DNA of 51,714 nucleotides from Chthonomonadales bacterium (lineage in GTDB: Bacteria > Armatimonadota > Chthonomonadetes > Chthonomonadales > Chthonomonadaceae). Where the stretch lies: positions 1 to 51,714 of the forward strand of contig JBBQPO010000009.1 in NCBI GenBank assembly GCA_038217285.1, written 5' to 3'. Shown here one piece after another: positions 48,902-51,714 of this stretch. Position numbers and translations under genes: made by a program. Every line of letters starts with the position of its first letter. Within the stretch, counting starts at the first letter, position 1. The notes under the pieces are model-generated. The model saw only the letters and a list, made by a program, of their open reading frames with translations. It was not told the origin of the DNA and ran no database searches.

Positions 48902-49527
48902 CGTTCGGCGGCCTCTTTACCCGGTGCCTTCTTTGGCTCCGGCAACGCGTCCTCTTCGTCCCCATCGTCCCCATCGTCCTCTTCGTCGTCATCGTCGCCG
49001 CCGATCGACCATTCGAGCGTGTCGGGGTCCGCGCGATCGATGAACAGCACGCCGTCGAGATGGTCTATCTCATGCTGGAGGACACGCGCCTCCAGGCCGG
49101 TGGCCCGGATCGAGACGGGACGCAGCCGACCGTCGAAGCCCTTGACGCGCAGCTCCTGCCCACGGACGACCTGCCCGGTCAGGCCCGGTATCGAGAGGCA
49201 GCCCTCCGGTGGGTCCAACTGCTGACCCTTCATCCCCATGATCTTCGGATTGATCAGCACGCGCAGGCCGTCCCCGGCATCGTAGATCAGAATGCGTGTC
49301 GAGACGCCGACCTGGGGCGCCGCCAGCCCGAGGCCGCGCGCCTGCCGCATGGTGACAGTCATGTGCTCGATCAAGCGGCGCGTCTCTGTGGTGACGCGCG
49401 TGACGGCCAGCGCCTGCTGCCGCAGCACCGGATGACCCAGTTTGACAATGGCGGGAACGCGGTTCCAGGCCTCCTGCAGCTCCACCGGTGGCATGAACTG
49501 CGCATCGAATTCCGAACGGTCCGACAT
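48898..49527 (-). CDS. def: Peptide deformylase with an acidic C-terminal tail
   Basis: GLGLAAPQVG, EGCLSIP and QHEIDHLDG. Confidence 0.97.
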   Translation of the reverse strand: MSDRSEFDAQFMPPVELQEAWNRVPAIVKLGHPVLRQQALAVTRVTTETRRLIEHMTVTMRQARGLGLAAPQVGVSTRILIYDAGDGLRVLINPKIMGMKGQQLDPPEGCLSIPGLTGQVVRGQELRVKGFDGRLRPVSIRATGLEARVLQHEIDHLDGVLFIDRADPDTLEWSIGGDDDDEEDDGDDGDEEDALPEPKKAPGKEAAER

Positions 49528-49899
49528 CAGGTTGATTCCTTACGGCCCACTCTCTGAAAGAGGCGCAGGCGAGATGCGAACATTATACACCAAAAGTCTC
49601 GTCGCGGGAAGTTGGCCGTCCGTAAAATTTTGCGACAACGGCGCAAAATTATGTAGCGAAATCGAACCGCGTGACGTCTAAACAGTGGAGTGTGATTGGT
49701 TGCAACAACAGTGCGTGGCAGAGCAGCAGGAGCCGTCTCGACCGCAGCCGCGATTCGCGACCACAACTGGGGAGCGATTCACCGCCGAGTCATCGGAGAG
49801 TGCGAAAGAGGCGATGCCGCCGAAGAGAGGTGAAAGGCAGTGGCCGAATGTTTCGGCGCGGCCCGACCACGCAGTGCCTTGGGAAAAGGAGTTTCCGCT

Positions 49900-50142
49900 A
49901 TGCCTGCAGTCGATTCCGAGGCGACCCGAGCCGTTCGGGCGCAGATCACCCGTCGCTACCTGGACTCCTCGCAACTGGAAGTCCGCGTCATGCACGGGGT
50001 CGCTTACCTGCGCGGGGTGATCTCTCACCTGCGCTCCCACCCGGACATCAACCTGGAACATGAGAAGGAGGTCATCTCCCACTCTCTCCGCGGACGCAAC
50101 GGCATTCGCGAAGTGATCTGGGAAGTCACCATTCGTGCCTGA
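49900..50142 (+). CDS. Small BON-domain-like protein
   Basis: AAGGAG RBS; LDSSQLEVRVMHGVAYLRG...GIREV pattern. Confidence 0.7.
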   Translation: MPAVDSEATRAVRAQITRRYLDSSQLEVRVMHGVAYLRGVISHLRSHPDINLEHEKEVISHSLRGRNGIREVIWEVTIRA

Positions 50143-50326
50143 TCTCTCTGCGTTCGGTCCTGATCGTTTTTCCGATGGGCGCACAAAGCGCTTCTCGGCC
50201 CGACCGAACCGTCCTGTCCGCCAGGACCGCCGTCACGACGGCGCTGCCCTGCCGCCTGTCCCCTGGTCTGCCCGTCGTCCGCCCTCTGGGGGCCGAACGA
50301 CTCATCATCGAAGAGGGTACGCAATC

Positions 50327-50560
50327 ATGTGGATCAAATCCGGCTCACGCTATTTCAACACCGATACCATCGCCTACATTCAGGTCTCTATGGACGAGTC
50401 TGCCCACGAACCGAAGACCCTCTACCTGCATTTCATGAACGAAAGTCACACGTTCACGCTGCACGGTCAGGAGGCCATTGCGGTCTTTCGCGCGATGCAG
50501 ATCTGCCTCGCGCAGAACGAGGCCCACCACGTCCAGGCCCTAGTCGCCGCCGCCGTCTGA
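50327..50560 (+). CDS. Small hypothetical protein
   Basis: GAGGG RBS; MWIKSGSRYFNTDTIAYI; followed by a terminator. Confidence 0.7.
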   Translation: MWIKSGSRYFNTDTIAYIQVSMDESAHEPKTLYLHFMNESHTFTLHGQEAIAVFRAMQICLAQNEAHHVQALVAAAV

Positions 50561-50573
50561 CCGGGCCGTCTCT

Positions 50574-50622
50574 ACAAAAGCTCGCCCCGCGAAAACGGTG
50601 TTTTCGCGGGGCGAGCTTTTGT
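50574..50622. terminator. Bidirectional intrinsic terminator
   Basis: ACAAAAGCTCGCCCCGCGAAAAC / GTTTTCGCGGGGCGAGCTTTTGT perfect inverted repeat between convergent genes. Confidence 0.88.
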
Positions 50623-50641
50623 CGCATTCGCCTGTCGGAAC

Positions 50642-51010
50642 TTACCGCGCTTTCGCGCTGGCCACGGCTAGATTTTCGATAAGAACGGCGATTCGATGCC
50701 GATCGTTCGTCCCTCCGGTGGAGGGGTAGACAAGCGGAGCCTCTCCCTCCCACATCAGACCCGCTTCGGCGGTCTCGTGCGCCAGGTAGCGCATCATCAG
50801 ACAGTAGCGATGCCGGACACGCGGCAGCCACATCACGCCGTCGCGCAGCAGAGGCGTCGGCAACAGCTTCGGCGAAACCAGTTTGATGCGTTCCACGCCC
50901 AGCCGACGCGCCACCGTGCGCCACTCCAGGGGAGTCTCCGGCATCCTGCCTCCGGCGCGCTCGATGATCACCTCCAGCAACCGCGCCGCCACCTCATGTC
51001 GAGCCTGCAT
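50642..51010 (-). CDS. Short ImmA/IrrE-like protein
   Basis: VARRLGV...RYLAHETAE (HExxE variant), directly downstream of an XRE regulator. Confidence 0.55.
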   Translation of the reverse strand: MQARHEVAARLLEVIIERAGGRMPETPLEWRTVARRLGVERIKLVSPKLLPTPLLRDGVMWLPRVRHRYCLMMRYLAHETAEAGLMWEGEAPLVYPSTGGTNDRHRIAVLIENLAVASAKAR

Positions 51011-51032
51011 GGTACTACTCCTACTCGTCTTC

Positions 51033-51416
51033 CTACAAGGCCTTGTGGCCGTGGGTCGTCCGCTGGCGATCCGACTCTTCGAAAAGCGCCTTCAGAGTCG
51101 CGCGCGCCGCCACCCGCAACTCCGGGGAGGTTCCGTTATAAAATTCCATGGCCTCTTCGTCCAGCCACGAGTCTTCGGACTTTTCCCCGAGCAGGTAGGC
51201 TGCCGGTATCATCAGGATCTTCGCAATCGCCGACAGAGCCGAAGACGGTATGTCCGCCCGCCCGGTTTCCCAGTGCGAATAGGCCGCGCGCGTCATCTCG
51301 ATGCCGGCCGTCTCAAGCCTGGTGATTACGTCTTGCTGCGACCACTTGTGCTCGTCACGGCGGGCCTGCATACGGCGGCCCATCTCCACCAATTGAGGTC
51401 TGATTATACGCGACAC
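51033..51416 (-). CDS. XRE/Cro-CI-family HTH transcriptional repressor
   Basis: GRRMQARR...WSQQDV...TRAAYSHWETGRADIP...IAKIL; GAGGAG RBS 7 nt before GTG at 51416. Confidence 0.88.
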   Translation of the reverse strand: MSRIIRPQLVEMGRRMQARRDEHKWSQQDVITRLETAGIEMTRAAYSHWETGRADIPSSALSAIAKILMIPAAYLLGEKSEDSWLDEEAMEFYNGTSPELRVAARATLKALFEESDRQRTTHGHKAL

Positions 51417-51448
51417 GGCAACACTCCTCACACCCATATACGGGAACC

Positions 51449-51505
51449 AGGTTTGCACGATGCAAACCTTTCTATCATTATAACCTGGGTTTCCGGATTT
51501 GTCAA
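51449..51505 (-). promoter_or_regulatory. Consensus promoter plus palindromic operator of the XRE gene
   Basis: TTGACA-17 nt-TATAAT (51505-51477) and AGGTTTGCA-CGA-TGCAAACCT (51449-51469) at the expected transcription start. Confidence 0.8.
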
Positions 51506-51664
51506 CCGTTCGCAGACGGATCGAGAACAAAACAACCGCCATTCATCACGAAATTCCGACAGGTGGCAGGAGACAGAGGTAGAACCGCATCAAACGGTGA
51601 AAATGTGAAAAGTGGGGCATGTCCTTCGTAAGTTTGATTACCACATCCAACTTAGGAGGTTTCC

Positions 51665-51714
51665 ATGCACCCACAACCTACATTTTGCCCTAATCTCGAC
51701 TGTCCGTCAAGAGG
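51665..51714 (+). mobile_element. N-terminus of a probable IS1-like transposase, running off the right edge
   Basis: AGGAGG RBS then MHPQPTFCPNLDCPSR, resembling the FCPNxxCP zinc-ribbon start of IS1-type transposases. Only 16 codons are visible. Confidence 0.45.

Overview
A high-GC bacterial chromosome segment. The gene content (DUF1559/H-X9-DG prepilin-like protein, tandem PilC-like genes, FecR/DUF6600 protein) suggests Armatimonadota, but this is inference only. The housekeeping backbone includes aroC, an ECF sigma/ZAS anti-sigma pair, folK, two PilC/GspF paralogs, thrS, tRNA-Ser, nadD, rsfS, tatD, groES-groEL with a perfect CIRCE, nikR, tRNA-Arg, a 3004-aa cyclic beta-1,2-glucan synthase, fmt and def. 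The most unusual structure lies downstream of thrS. The thrS 3' end occurs three times as long, imperfect direct repeats (about 350-450 bp), and each interval holds a co-oriented defence cassette: an RHH-MazF toxin-antitoxin pair and an ABC-three-component/Lamassu-like system. No integrase is visible in this array. A tnpB-only IS200/IS605 element has both ends readable, which gives a predicted TAM (TCCAT) and guide, and it appears to have inserted exactly between an RBS and its ATG. Also present are two inverted copies of a four-hairpin REP-like element, a probable uORF/terminator attenuator upstream of thrS, and probable transposase starts cut off at both window edges. All calls come from motif recognition by eye; no database searches were run.
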